Below, in pieces: positions 1 to 8,958 of a DNA stretch of 32,000 nt (its first letter is position 1; the number at the start of each line of letters is the position of its first letter). The notes below the pieces were generated by a model. It worked only from the letters and a program-made list of their open reading frames with translations. It had not been told where the DNA came from and ran no database searches. The position numbers were made by a program, and so were the translations under genes. The DNA comes from Candidatus Baldrarchaeota archaeon. Its GTDB lineage: Archaea; Asgardarchaeota; Baldrarchaeia; Baldrarchaeales; DXJG01. Where the stretch lies: the NCBI GenBank assembly GCA_019056805.1, contig DXJG01000010.1:30001-62000 (forward strand), given 5' to 3'.

Positions 1-1080
1 AAAGACTTCTGGAATACATTCAAATACCTCCTAAACTACGCAGATCAAAGAAAACCAGATCTATTTCTAATATCAGGAGACCTATACGACAAAGTTAACC
101 CCAGAAACCCACCGAGAACACAAATCCTAAAATATTTCAGGCATCTGCACAACAAAGGAATAAAAATCTTCCTAATAGGAGGACACCACGACACTCCACG
201 CTCAATTGAGGAAGGAGCTTCGCCTCTAGACGAACTCGCCGCCTCAGGATACGTAACATACCTCCCAGGAATAAACAAACCAGCCGTACAACACGTAAAA
301 ATAAAAGACCTAGACATCTGCATATCCGGCCTAACCTACAACTTCAACCTAAACCCGGGAGAAGACCCCTTAGAAAAAACAAAACCGAAAACAGAAGGCG
401 ACATCAACATACTAATGCTACACTACACAATACAAGGATTCACACCAACCTATATGACAAACGAACCAACAGTAAAAACCTCAAACATACCAAACGAAAT
501 AAACTACGTAGCAGCAGGACATCTACACGAACACAAAGAAAAACAACGAGGAAAAACCCTCATTGCATACCCTGGAAGCACAGAAAGAAGAAGTTTCCTA
601 GAAGAAAAAACAGAGAAAAAAGGCTTCCTATGGATAGAACTAAACCAAGAAAAAACAGTAAACAAAGAATTTATCGAAGTACCTACGAGACCAATGAAAA
701 CCCTAACCTACAAAATCACACCAAACACAAAAAACCCAACAACAGAAATAATCACCTACGCCTTCCAACATAAAAACCCAGAACTAATTTTAAGACTACA
801 AATAACAGGAAAAGTACCCCTAAACATCCTAACACAATACCAAAGAAACGAAATACTAAGAAAACTCCTCGACCACTTCTTCTACATAGTAATAGACGAC
901 AGAGACCTCATATACAAGGCAGAGAAATTCGAAACAATAGAAAGGTTAACGCCTCTCAAAGCCTTCACAGACTACATGAACCAACTAATACAAAAAGAAA
1001 AAGACCCCCAACGAAAAAGAATACTCGAACTAGCAAAAGAAATAGGCATAGAAAAACTTGAAGAGGCAGGAGCATGGTAG
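1..1080 (+). CDS. mre11: Mre11/SbcD-family metallophosphoesterase DNA nuclease, 5'-partial
   Basis: Frame 1 is open from base 1 (KDFWNTFKYLL...), so the track ORF at 415 is internal. Motifs: ISGDLYD, IGGHHD (GNHD position), LMLHYT, AAGHLH, AYPGS. Overlaps the SMC-like ATPase start. Confidence 0.92.
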   Translation, partial: KDFWNTFKYLLNYADQRKPDLFLISGDLYDKVNPRNPPRTQILKYFRHLHNKGIKIFLIGGHHDTPRSIEEGASPLDELAASGYVTYLPGINKPAVQHVKIKDLDICISGLTYNFNLNPGEDPLEKTKPKTEGDINILMLHYTIQGFTPTYMTNEPTVKTSNIPNEINYVAAGHLHEHKEKQRGKTLIAYPGSTERRSFLEEKTEKKGFLWIELNQEKTVNKEFIEVPTRPMKTLTYKITPNTKNPTTEIITYAFQHKNPELILRLQITGKVPLNILTQYQRNEILRKLLDHFFYIVIDDRDLIYKAEKFETIERLTPLKAFTDYMNQLIQKEKDPQRKRILELAKEIGIEKLEEAGAW

Positions 1081-3467
1081 TCTTAAACCGTCTAGAAGCT
1101 CAAAACTTCAGAAAACTAAACCTAACACTAGACTTCCCAGAAGGAATGCTAATAATAAAAGGACCAAATGAAGCGGGAAAATCAACAATCCTAGAAGCAA
1201 TACTTTATGCCCTATTCGGAAAACTAATGCGAGGAACAAAAGAACTAGCCATAAACCACCAATCAAACATCGCAAAAATAAAACTAACATTCACAATAAA
1301 CAACCAACAATACCTAGTCCAAAGAATCATAAAAAGAAACGGAACACAAGCAAAAATCTGGAAAATAACCCCAAACGGACTAGAACCACAAGCATTAACA
1401 ATACAAGAAACAAACAAATTCATAAAAGACCTACTGGGAGGCCTATCCTTCAACGAAATCCTAGTAACAAACATAGTAGCACAAAAAGAACTAAACAAAC
1501 TCACAGAACTAAAAGGACAAAACAGAGAAAAAATAATAAACGCCCTTCTAGGCCTCGACAGCTACAACAAAGCAATAGAAAAAATAACAGAAGACAGAAG
1601 AAACAAAAAACACGAACTAGAAACAAAAACAGAAAAACTTAACCAAATAACCAAAAGACTAGAAGCATATAGAAGAGATGTAGAAGATCTGAAAAGTAAG
1701 CAACAAAAACTAAAAGAAAACCAAGAAAAACTCGAAAAGAAAACCAAAGAATTTGAAGAAAAACATCCCGTATATCTCAAACTAAAAGAATATAGAGAAG
1801 CTCTAAACAAAAAACGCCAATTAGAAGCTGAACTAAAAGGAATAGAAAACATGATAAAACAACTTCAACAAAACCTACAAAACCTAGAAAAACAAACAAC
1901 AGAAAAACAACAAACACTTAACAAAACAAAAGAAATACTGACACAACAAAACGAACAACTCAACAAAGAAAAACTAAAATTAGAAGAATACAAAAACTTG
2001 GAAAAAACAGAAGAAATACTGATAAAAGTAGAAAGGAGATTTAGAGATCTTCAAGAACTGGGAAATAGGAAAAGAGAAATTTTATATCAATTAGAAGGGC
2101 TAAATGAAGATCTAAGAAAACTAAAAGAAAAACTTGAATCAAAAGAAACTAAAGAAACCTTAAGAAAAGAAAAAGAATTAAAAGAAAAACTTGGAAAAAC
2201 AAAAATATCACCCCTAATACTCATCCTCCTACTTTTACCATCACTCCTAGCCATATTATCACCCCTACTCATCACAATAGGACCTGTAGCTGTAATTCTC
2301 TACATTTTCTATATTACAAGAACTAGGAATTCTTTTCAACAAGAATTGATCCAAATAAAAGACAAAGTAATAGAACTAAAGGGTCTACCCGCCCTAATCC
2401 AACAAAACGAAAAACAAATACATGAAATAAAGCAAAACATAGCAATCATGGAAAAACAAGAAGAAAGCCTAAAACAAGAAATAAAAACAGTCCTACTTAA
2501 CTTAGAAGAAAAATATAAGCCGAAAACATGGACTAACCTCGAAGAACTATTACAAAAAACTAAAGAAAACTTAAGACAACTACAAAAAGAAAAAATAGCA
2601 ACAGAAACAAAAATAACCATACTAACGAACAAGATCCAAATGCTAAAAACTCAAATCGAAGAACTAGAAAATGGTATTGAAAAACTAAAGGAAAAAAGAG
2701 AAGAAACAACAAAAAGTATAGAAGAAAAGAACAACGAACGGTTAGAAATTCAACAACAATTAGATTCAATAAATCTACCAAAATTACCGGGAGACATTCA
2801 ATACAGCGAAGAACTATTTGAGAAAACAGAGCAAGAAATTACAGATCTTAAAGGAGAAATAAATACTCTAAAAGGTATCATCGAAGAGCTTCAAAGAAAT
2901 ATCGGGGAGCTTAAGAGAAGAGTAGAAGAGAATAAAAGCGTAGAGCAAGAATATAAGCAAGCAAAACAAGAAGTAGAAGAACTTGAAACACTTATTGAAG
3001 CACAAACAACAGCAATAGAAAAATTGAAAGAAACAGCAAGAAGCATGCGAGAAAAATTTTTGCCAGCGATAGAAACAAACATGAGCCAAATAATCTCCCA
3101 AATAACAGGAGGAACCTATAAAGCAGTAAGACTAGACGAAAACTACAACATCGAAGTCCTAGACTCTAACGCAGGAAAATTCATACCAAAAGACATATAC
3201 AGCGGAGGAACCGTAGACCAGTTTCTCCTAGCAATGAGACTAGCCTTCATACTATCCCTACTACCACAAACAAAACAAACATACCCCCGATTCCTATTCC
3301 TAGACGAACCCCTAGCATCATCAGACCAAAACAGAAGAAACAACATAATAAACCTACTAACAAAAACACTAAGCGAAGAATTCAAACAAATAATACTAAT
3401 AACACACCTAAACATAAACCCACCAAACACAAAAACAATAACAATAAACCAAGGAAAAACAGCTTGA
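1074..3467 (+). CDS. rad50: Rad50/SbcC-family (YhaN/SbcE-like) SMC ATPase with central hydrophobic segment and no zinc hook
   Basis: Walker A GPNEAGKST, Q-loop VAQKE, long coiled coils, signature YSGGTVDQFLLAMRLA, Walker B LFLDEP, H-loop LITH. No Cys in 797 aa. Confidence 0.9.
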   Translation: MVVLNRLEAQNFRKLNLTLDFPEGMLIIKGPNEAGKSTILEAILYALFGKLMRGTKELAINHQSNIAKIKLTFTINNQQYLVQRIIKRNGTQAKIWKITPNGLEPQALTIQETNKFIKDLLGGLSFNEILVTNIVAQKELNKLTELKGQNREKIINALLGLDSYNKAIEKITEDRRNKKHELETKTEKLNQITKRLEAYRRDVEDLKSKQQKLKENQEKLEKKTKEFEEKHPVYLKLKEYREALNKKRQLEAELKGIENMIKQLQQNLQNLEKQTTEKQQTLNKTKEILTQQNEQLNKEKLKLEEYKNLEKTEEILIKVERRFRDLQELGNRKREILYQLEGLNEDLRKLKEKLESKETKETLRKEKELKEKLGKTKISPLILILLLLPSLLAILSPLLITIGPVAVILYIFYITRTRNSFQQELIQIKDKVIELKGLPALIQQNEKQIHEIKQNIAIMEKQEESLKQEIKTVLLNLEEKYKPKTWTNLEELLQKTKENLRQLQKEKIATETKITILTNKIQMLKTQIEELENGIEKLKEKREETTKSIEEKNNERLEIQQQLDSINLPKLPGDIQYSEELFEKTEQEITDLKGEINTLKGIIEELQRNIGELKRRVEENKSVEQEYKQAKQEVEELETLIEAQTTAIEKLKETARSMREKFLPAIETNMSQIISQITGGTYKAVRLDENYNIEVLDSNAGKFIPKDIYSGGTVDQFLLAMRLAFILSLLPQTKQTYPRFLFLDEPLASSDQNRRNNIINLLTKTLSEEFKQIILITHLNINPPNTKTITINQGKTA

Positions 3468-3618
3468 ATTTAGCATCAAAGAGTTTAAAGAACTCACCTC
3501 CACAAGGAGTTAAAAAAGTCACTTACAATAGATGCCTCAGTCTATATCGACAGATACTCAAAAAACTACTAATAACAGAAGCGTCAACAATTACTAAAAA
3601 CAAAACTCATATACTCTA

Positions 3619-3837
3619 TCAAGCGCCAATTTCCCGTGAAATCAATTTAGCTATTTGTTTAAGCAATTTTTCACGAGCATTAGAAATCTCCACCCCAACC
3701 AATTTACCACCCTCATCATACTCAACCCTAACTCCTTCATCAACCTCCTCAGAATCAACAGCAACACCTTTTCCAAACGAGATATAAAGAATATCCGACT
3801 CTTCATCATACCAAATCTTCACTTTACCCTTACCCAT
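3619..3837 (-). CDS. DUF2283-family putative antitoxin
   Basis: MGKGKVKIWYDEESDILYISF...VRVEYDEGGKLVGVEI matches the DUF2283 pattern. The internal ATG at 3837 is Met67 of track ORF 3619..4035. Confidence 0.75.
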   Translation of the reverse strand: MGKGKVKIWYDEESDILYISFGKGVAVDSEEVDEGVRVEYDEGGKLVGVEISNAREKLLKQIAKLISREIGA

Positions 3838-4049
3838 CTCCCAAAACCCACCCTTTCTTTCAATTTCCCTATCAATTCTCCTACAAGGATAAACAGTAAC
3901 AACCCTAATAACATTATCCCCCCTAACATAAACAACCACCAAATTAGTTTTAACACCCTCTACTCCAACTTCAGAAACAGCTACAAAAGCCCTAGACAAA
4001 AGATCATAAAAAACAAACCTAGGATTAACAAGCACATTCTTTCAATTGC
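3838..4049 (-). pseudogene. DUF4258-like toxin remnant, in frame with the DUF2283 gene
   Basis: VLVNPRFVFYD...LVVVYVRGDNVIRVVTVYP resembles DUF4258. The N-terminal motif AIERM (4035-4049) is in another frame and the usual intervening helix is missing. Confidence 0.5.
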
Positions 4050-4243
4050 AGCAAGAAAAACAGACAACCCATGAACCACATTATAACCAAAGAATAAATT
4101 TTCTCGTAATGAAATCATCTTGCTAATTCGCATTTCATAATCGTACTATCTGTTCATTCACATTGGTTACAGAGAACTTTCGAACCGTCTCTATCTCTCC
4201 TAAACTTCCTCCAAGACAGGAGACTTCGTGGCTTGAGGGCTCT

Positions 4244-4567
4244 CTAAGTAGTTGGAAGCTCTGCACAATGCTTATGTAAAGCTTCAAGAACCCTTTTTAC
4301 AACTGTCCGCCTAAGATCACCAGTTAATCTATCATATATACCTTCAACCGTATCAAGACAATCAAAAATTATTTCACCCACCGAAGAAGGCTTCTGCATA
4401 TCCCTATAATAACCATCAAACAGAAAAACTATATACTCAACCACAGAATCCACTACCTTATTTATAAGCACCTTTTCTTTATCTAACGCTTTCTTAGCAA
4501 ACTCATATACCCGCTTCTGCTTCTCATACACTTTCTTCGGATCCGGAAAATATTCCACACACAACAC
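4244..4567 (-). CDS. hypothetical protein (107 aa)
   Basis: GTG start preceded by GAGGA; plausible helical composition; no motif recognised. Confidence 0.55.
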   Translation of the reverse strand: MLCVEYFPDPKKVYEKQKRVYEFAKKALDKEKVLINKVVDSVVEYIVFLFDGYYRDMQKPSSVGEIIFDCLDTVEGIYDRLTGDLRRTVVKRVLEALHKHCAELPTT

Positions 4568-5014
4568 ATCCTCAACAATTTAACAAATCAAACTACAATT
4601 CATATTTCCAACAAACTTAAAACACTATCTATTTCAATACACAATTCCTGAACATATTTTCCTCTTCTACACATCACCAAGAAAACCTTTGCCCCATTCT
4701 TTTATTCCATCTTCTGTTTCTGAATGAGTATTGAATAATTTGTTACGTGCTCTAAGATTTTGTTGTATTTTTCTCCTCTTCTTTGTATAGTGTTTCTAAT
4801 TTTCGAGGGCTAATATCGTGTGTTGTGGTGGAGAGTGTACTGGAAAAAGAAATGTAATGAACTTTTAAATTGACTTAGGAACGCCATTAAAAAGAAATTT
4901 TAGAAATCATTGATCCAGCTGAAAGAGTATACAATATTCATTATTATAGCAAAAACACCAAAACTTGAATAACACAGCACATTTGTGATAAAATCGTTAA
5001 AAAGAGTAAAGTTT

Positions 5015-5107
5015 GGTGGGTTCCGTCAAAAAACGAGAGTGCACCGCATAGTGCGCACAGGGGGAGGAGGGGGGAGACCTACTCACACACCGACGGAACC
5101 TTTCACC
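5015..5107. other. GC-rich intergenic stem-loop element (candidate ncRNA or cis-element)
   Basis: Perfect 9-bp inverted repeat GGTTCCGTC (5019-5027) / GACGGAACC (5092-5100), extended by GGTG/CACC. Inner hairpin GCAC-CGCATA-GTGC. About 60% GC (56/93 by hand count). Confidence 0.4.
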
Positions 5108-5126
5108 CTTATGCTTTCCCAATATA

Positions 5127-5369
5127 CTAAACACTCAATTTCCCCTCCTCATCATCCTCAATATATTTAATATATTTTTTCAATGCTTCCACAAAAACTT
5201 TAAACTCTCTAAAACTCATCCTCGAAATATAATCCTTAAAATCCATTAAAATTATTCCAGAACGCTTATCAAAAGACAGCTCCACCCTAGAACCATTAAA
5301 CAACCTTAAAAACCCAACAACCCTACCCTCTTCATTCCTCACCTTCACACCCCTCACCCCACCACCCAT
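5127..5369 (-). CDS. small hypothetical protein (80 aa)
   Basis: ORF 12 bp downstream of the RHH gene, same strand; no motif recognised. Confidence 0.55.
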   Translation of the reverse strand: MGGGVRGVKVRNEEGRVVGFLRLFNGSRVELSFDKRSGIILMDFKDYISRMSFREFKVFVEALKKYIKYIEDDEEGKLSV

Positions 5370-5381
5370 CGTACAAAATCT

Positions 5382-5612
5382 TCAAGTAAATGACGTCTGC
5401 GATGCTTCCTCCGACTTAACCTCTTCCCCAATACTCTCACTAACACTACCTGACGCTTTCTTCGCTTCATGACAACGACATGCCTTCAAAAGCAAAGCTT
5501 TCACCAAATCACCAAAAGTAAGCTTAACCCCTCTCATAGCATGCTCATACTTCAACTTCAACAAAAGCTTGTAAGTCTCCTCATCCACCTTAATACTTTT
5601 CAACCTTACCAC
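5382..5612 (-). CDS. ribbon-helix-helix (CopG/VapB-like) DNA-binding protein
   Basis: KSIKVDEETYKLLLKLK...LTFGDLVKALL fits the beta-helix-helix pattern. Confidence 0.65.
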   Translation of the reverse strand: MVRLKSIKVDEETYKLLLKLKYEHAMRGVKLTFGDLVKALLLKACRCHEAKKASGSVSESIGEEVKSEEASQTSFT

Positions 5613-5730
5613 CAGTACAAAAGTAGAAAATAGCTAATATATAAAATTAACCATATACTCTATTAGGGGCTGTAAACGTTTAGAAGTTTTCAAACTTATC
5701 TAAGTCTTCAAAACCGTTTCTCTTCACCTA

Positions 5731-5738
5731 GCGCGCGC
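5731..5738. repeat. GCGCGCGC octamer, copy 1 (within the palindrome TAGCGCGCGCTA)
   Basis: Read directly: 5721 tcttcaccta gcgcgcgcta. Confidence 0.95.
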
Positions 5739-5893
5739 TATCTAAATACACATGTATCGGCACAGCACCCTTCAACACAAAATCCTCAGGTATACTTACA
5801 TCAATTGTTAGCGTGCCAACCATGATTGGCCAATCGTTTACAACCTCAATATTATAGTAGAACTGACCTGGATTCGTTGCAACAAGCTTATAG

Positions 5894-5904
5894 CCCCCCC
5901 CCCC
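5894..5904 (-). repeat. G11 homopolymer (C11 on + strand) at a frameshift
   Basis: 5891 tagccccccc ccccga. A run of 9 or 12 G would restore the frame. Confidence 0.9.
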
Positions 5905-6601
5905 GACCTATCCTTTGCAAAGACGACGTCGAAGTATGTTATTGGATTAAATTCGCTGTCAGTTAGATACGAGTTAACTTTGAGACTAACCAAGATAACC
6001 GTTACAGAATTCGGCGTTTCTTCATTACCTGCAACATTAACACTATAATATTCAATGGTGTAGTTTCCGTCTGGGCCTTCAAGCTTGAAGGGTCCAACAT
6101 ACTCAGTCCAGTTGCCACCATTAATACGATAGTAGGTATGTGCAACACCTGAAACATTGGCTACTCCTAGAACATCGTCGCTTGCTGTAAGCGTGAACTC
6201 CGTAGCAGAAGTAACATAGATATTACCTGCTTCATCAACGCAGTGGGTTCCAATAGTCAAATTGGGTTTTGGAGGAGTCTTATCAATCTTTATTACCTCA
6301 CACTCCGTTGCTTCCACGTTCCCTGCATTATCTGTTGAATTGTAGTAAACCGTAATTATTCCCTCAGTTGTGATAGTAAACGGCTCCGTATAAGTTATCC
6401 AAGTGACGCCATCAAAACTATACGCCGTTTCAGCTACACCCGAAATATCATCCGTCGCCGATAAAGTAACGGTCACGTCCGAAACATACCAGCCTTCAAA
6501 CCCTAGCGTGCCATTTAAACTAATCGTGGTCTCAGGAGGAGTCGTATCAGCAGGTTTAGCCCAGCCACTCCTCTCCGTAAACGGATAGTAGTCATAATCT
6601 G

Positions 6602-6609
6602 GCGCGCGC
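6602..6609. repeat. GCGCGCGC octamer, copy 2
   Basis: Read directly: 6601 ggcgcgcgca. Confidence 0.95.
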
Positions 6610-7143
6610 ATTGCGGACAATAAATCTTGTCTTCAACTGTAGAAGTTACCGGTTGCACTTTTTTATCAGAGCCCCAAAAAACACCAAGTAAAGCCCCATA
6701 TATCAATGGAACAATAAATGAACCGACAATTGATCCAACCGTCTCATCTCCAACACCCGAAGCAAAGATAAGAACAATCCAGCCAAGTATTGAGTAGACA
6801 ATGGCAGTGAGGTAACGTGACTTAATAGGAAATATATAGCATAAAATATCGCATAGACGAGTCCAATAATCGTACTGCCAAGAATAAGGATAACATACAC
6901 GACTACAAAAATACTACCGAATATAATGATCTCAAGTCCTCCAGATCCTCCACCAGACGTTGCAAAACCACCAAAAATATAAGAAATAACTGCTCCCAGA
7001 CCTGCACCTAATCTCCCAAAAACCGCCCCCAAAACAATAACGATGAAAACCGTTAACAACGCAAAAATAAAACCAAAAACAACACCCACAAATGCACCAG
7101 CTCTCATTCCCCTTGTAAGATAAAGCGACATTTCACTCACCAA
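6602..7143 (-). pseudogene. multi-pass membrane protein with truncated C-terminal zinc ribbon
   Basis: Hydrophobic ORF 7143-6703. After a frameshift near 6830 it continues FPIKSRYLTAIVYSILGW...LIYGALLGVFWG...KIYCPQC and is cut at GCGCGCGC before the second CxxC. Confidence 0.65.
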
Positions 7144-7249
7144 GCTTTAAAACAACTCTTATTCAAATCTTTCAAAATTTTAAATTAATAGTAAAATCTC
7201 AACCTTTTAAAATGATCGTATAAACCATCACAGTATCCTTAAAGTATTG

Positions 7250-7519
7250 TTAAAATATTCCTCGATAAGCTCTTCTTCGGTGGCGAACATAATAAATAAC
7301 TACGATTTTCGCCTTAGTATCCACTTGGTAAATAACTCTGTAATCCCCGACCCTAATTCGATAAATTCGCTCAACACCCCTAAGCTTACGACAATCCGGC
7401 GGAAAAGGATTTACTGAAAGCGATTCAACAACCTCAATAATCCTTAAAACATGCTTCGGCTCAATACTCTCCAAATCCTTCTCAGCCGATCTCTTCCACA
7501 AAATTTTATAAGAGCCCAC
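7250..7519 (-). CDS. relE: RelE/ParE-family toxin
   Basis: YKILWKRSAEKDL...KLRG...YRIRVGDYRVIY...HRRRAY. Confidence 0.9.
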   Translation of the reverse strand: MGSYKILWKRSAEKDLESIEPKHVLRIIEVVESLSVNPFPPDCRKLRGVERIYRIRVGDYRVIYQVDTKAKIVVIYYVRHRRRAYRGIF

Positions 7520-7706
7520 GACTCCTCAACCTTTTCTTAACCTCTTCAAAAGACACCGTAGGTTCATCTCGACGCTCAGCAACCACAGCCAAATCATGAA
7601 GATCCTCCAAAAGATCCTCAAACTCATCAATAGGAATAATAACCGCAACTTTTCCCCCCTTCTCATCCACAATATACTGCCTCTGAACCTTCTTCAAAAA
7701 CACCAC
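7506..7706 (-). CDS. cognate antitoxin (Phd/RelB-like)
   Basis: KVAVIIPIDEFEDLLEDLHD...VSFEEVKKRL; acidic, upstream of and overlapping relE. Confidence 0.8.
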   Translation of the reverse strand: MVFLKKVQRQYIVDEKGGKVAVIIPIDEFEDLLEDLHDLAVVAERRDEPTVSFEEVKKRLRSRGLL

Positions 7707-8041
7707 CCCAACAACCTATAAAGAGAACCTAATAAACTTCTCCAAACCACACCAAATAAACCTTTCCACTACCAACCACACCAACAAAAAGTAAGCCCAC
7801 ATCCAACTTAACAACAACAGCAGGTATCCCCACTCTACTATCACTTTCTTCATTAACATTAGAATAAAATTCTTTGCTTGTTTTCTTGGCTTAACTGCCT
7901 ATGCTACTTAGTAAATACAAGTAAAATTTTCTGAAAATTCTAAAAGAAAAAGAGGATATTAGTTAAGTTAGAAGATCATTGTTCATCATCTTATGAACGC
8001 ACTCATACTTCTCAAATGTACAAACCTACCTCACTCGAAAA

Positions 8042-8300
8042 TCACTCATAACCTTTAGAATAAAGTATTGCCGCTCTAGCAAGATCGAAAGCTATATCCC
8101 TCAAAGCCGCCGAACGACTAGAAACATCTTCAATACTTTTAGCAATTTTTATTGCTTCCTCGAACATTTTCTCTGCCTTTTCACGTTCCCCATTCTTAAA
8201 AAGCTCAAAAGCAATAGACTTCAAAGCCTTCACACGAAAATTCCCATCCATAATGCTCCTAGCTATTTCAACAGCTTCTTCGAATCTTCCAGCCTTGACA
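8042..8300 (-). pseudogene. TPR-like helical-repeat protein remnant
   Basis: Two repeats, FEEAVEIARSI...RVKALKSIA and FEEAIKIAKSI...RSAALRDIA. The track N-terminus overlaps the start of a + strand gene, so the true 5' end appears lost. Confidence 0.55.
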
Positions 8301-8324
8301 ATTTCACAAACAATAAAAAATAAG

Positions 8325-8899
8325 ATGATAATAATGGCAAAACCTTCCATTCACCTATTCATGGTTCTTGGAAGTATCATCTCCATAGTTTTCGGAGTAT
8401 TAACAAGCTTCTCCCAGGCTTAGGCTATCTTAAAAGCACCATCCACGCCGAAACAATCGTGACCATCGACCACCTACCAACCAAATTTCAACCCTACCCA
8501 TACACCTACAGCCCACTCATAATAAGCTTCGCAGGCATCCTAACCCTAATAGCATCAATTAAACGCGGGGAAAGAGAACCCATCCTCTGCCTACTAGCAA
8601 CTACCCTAGACTCCCTAGGAATATTCTCCTCCCTATTCGAAATAGGAATCGAAGTTCTCACATATAGAGGAGTTGCAACATTTACAATCTATTTTCCCTG
8701 GATAGCATACCTAACAATGCTTCTCGGATTCCTAATAATATTTGTAAGCATCATAGTTAGGTTTCGAGGATCCACCCTAACTCTCCTAGCCATCCCACTA
8801 CTCCTACCATTAATAATCCCCACAATCTCCCTCTACATCTACATTATCCCCGAACTTCAAATCACAACGGCCACAATAATAAATGAAAGCGCGCGCTAA
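8325..8899 (+). pseudogene. membrane protein, frameshifted near 8414 and ending at GCGCGCGC
   Basis: MIIMAKPSIHLFMVLGSIISIVFG... (8325-8422) shifts into PGLGYLKST...TIDHLP (track ORF 8459..8899). About four hydrophobic segments; ends INES-AR* on agc gcg cgc taa. Confidence 0.55.
8889..8896. repeat. GCGCGCGC octamer, copy 3 (a shorter GCGCGC follows at 8937-8942)
   Basis: Read directly: 8881 aaatgaaagc gcgcgctaac. Confidence 0.95.
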
Positions 8900-8958
8900 C
8901 ATACACTAAACAATAGCTCTATTTAACAAACAAGTGGCGCGCACCTAAACAACTTGCA

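Larger units (their letters stand above)
5728..6609 (-). pseudogene. internal fragment of a cell-surface protein with two Ig-like (DTTPP...DxAGN-E) repeats, frameshifted at a poly-G tract
   Basis: DTTPPETTI...STDNAGNVE and DKTPPKP...SVNVAGNEE repeats; no signal peptide. After the G11 tract another frame continues GYKLVATNPGQFYYNIEVVNDWP...HVYLDSAR* to TAG at 5730-5728. Both ends are at GCGCGCGC. Confidence 0.75.

Noticed and set aside
1108-3430. Hydrophobic minus-strand ORFs (e.g. 1562..1852, 2336..2632, 2560..2781)
   Set aside because: Antisense shadows of the A-rich coiled-coil gene. The same applies to 3464..3787, 3655..4074, 8954..9313, 9984..10511, 16284..16649, 26092..26562, 31377..31607 and similar overlapping ORFs.
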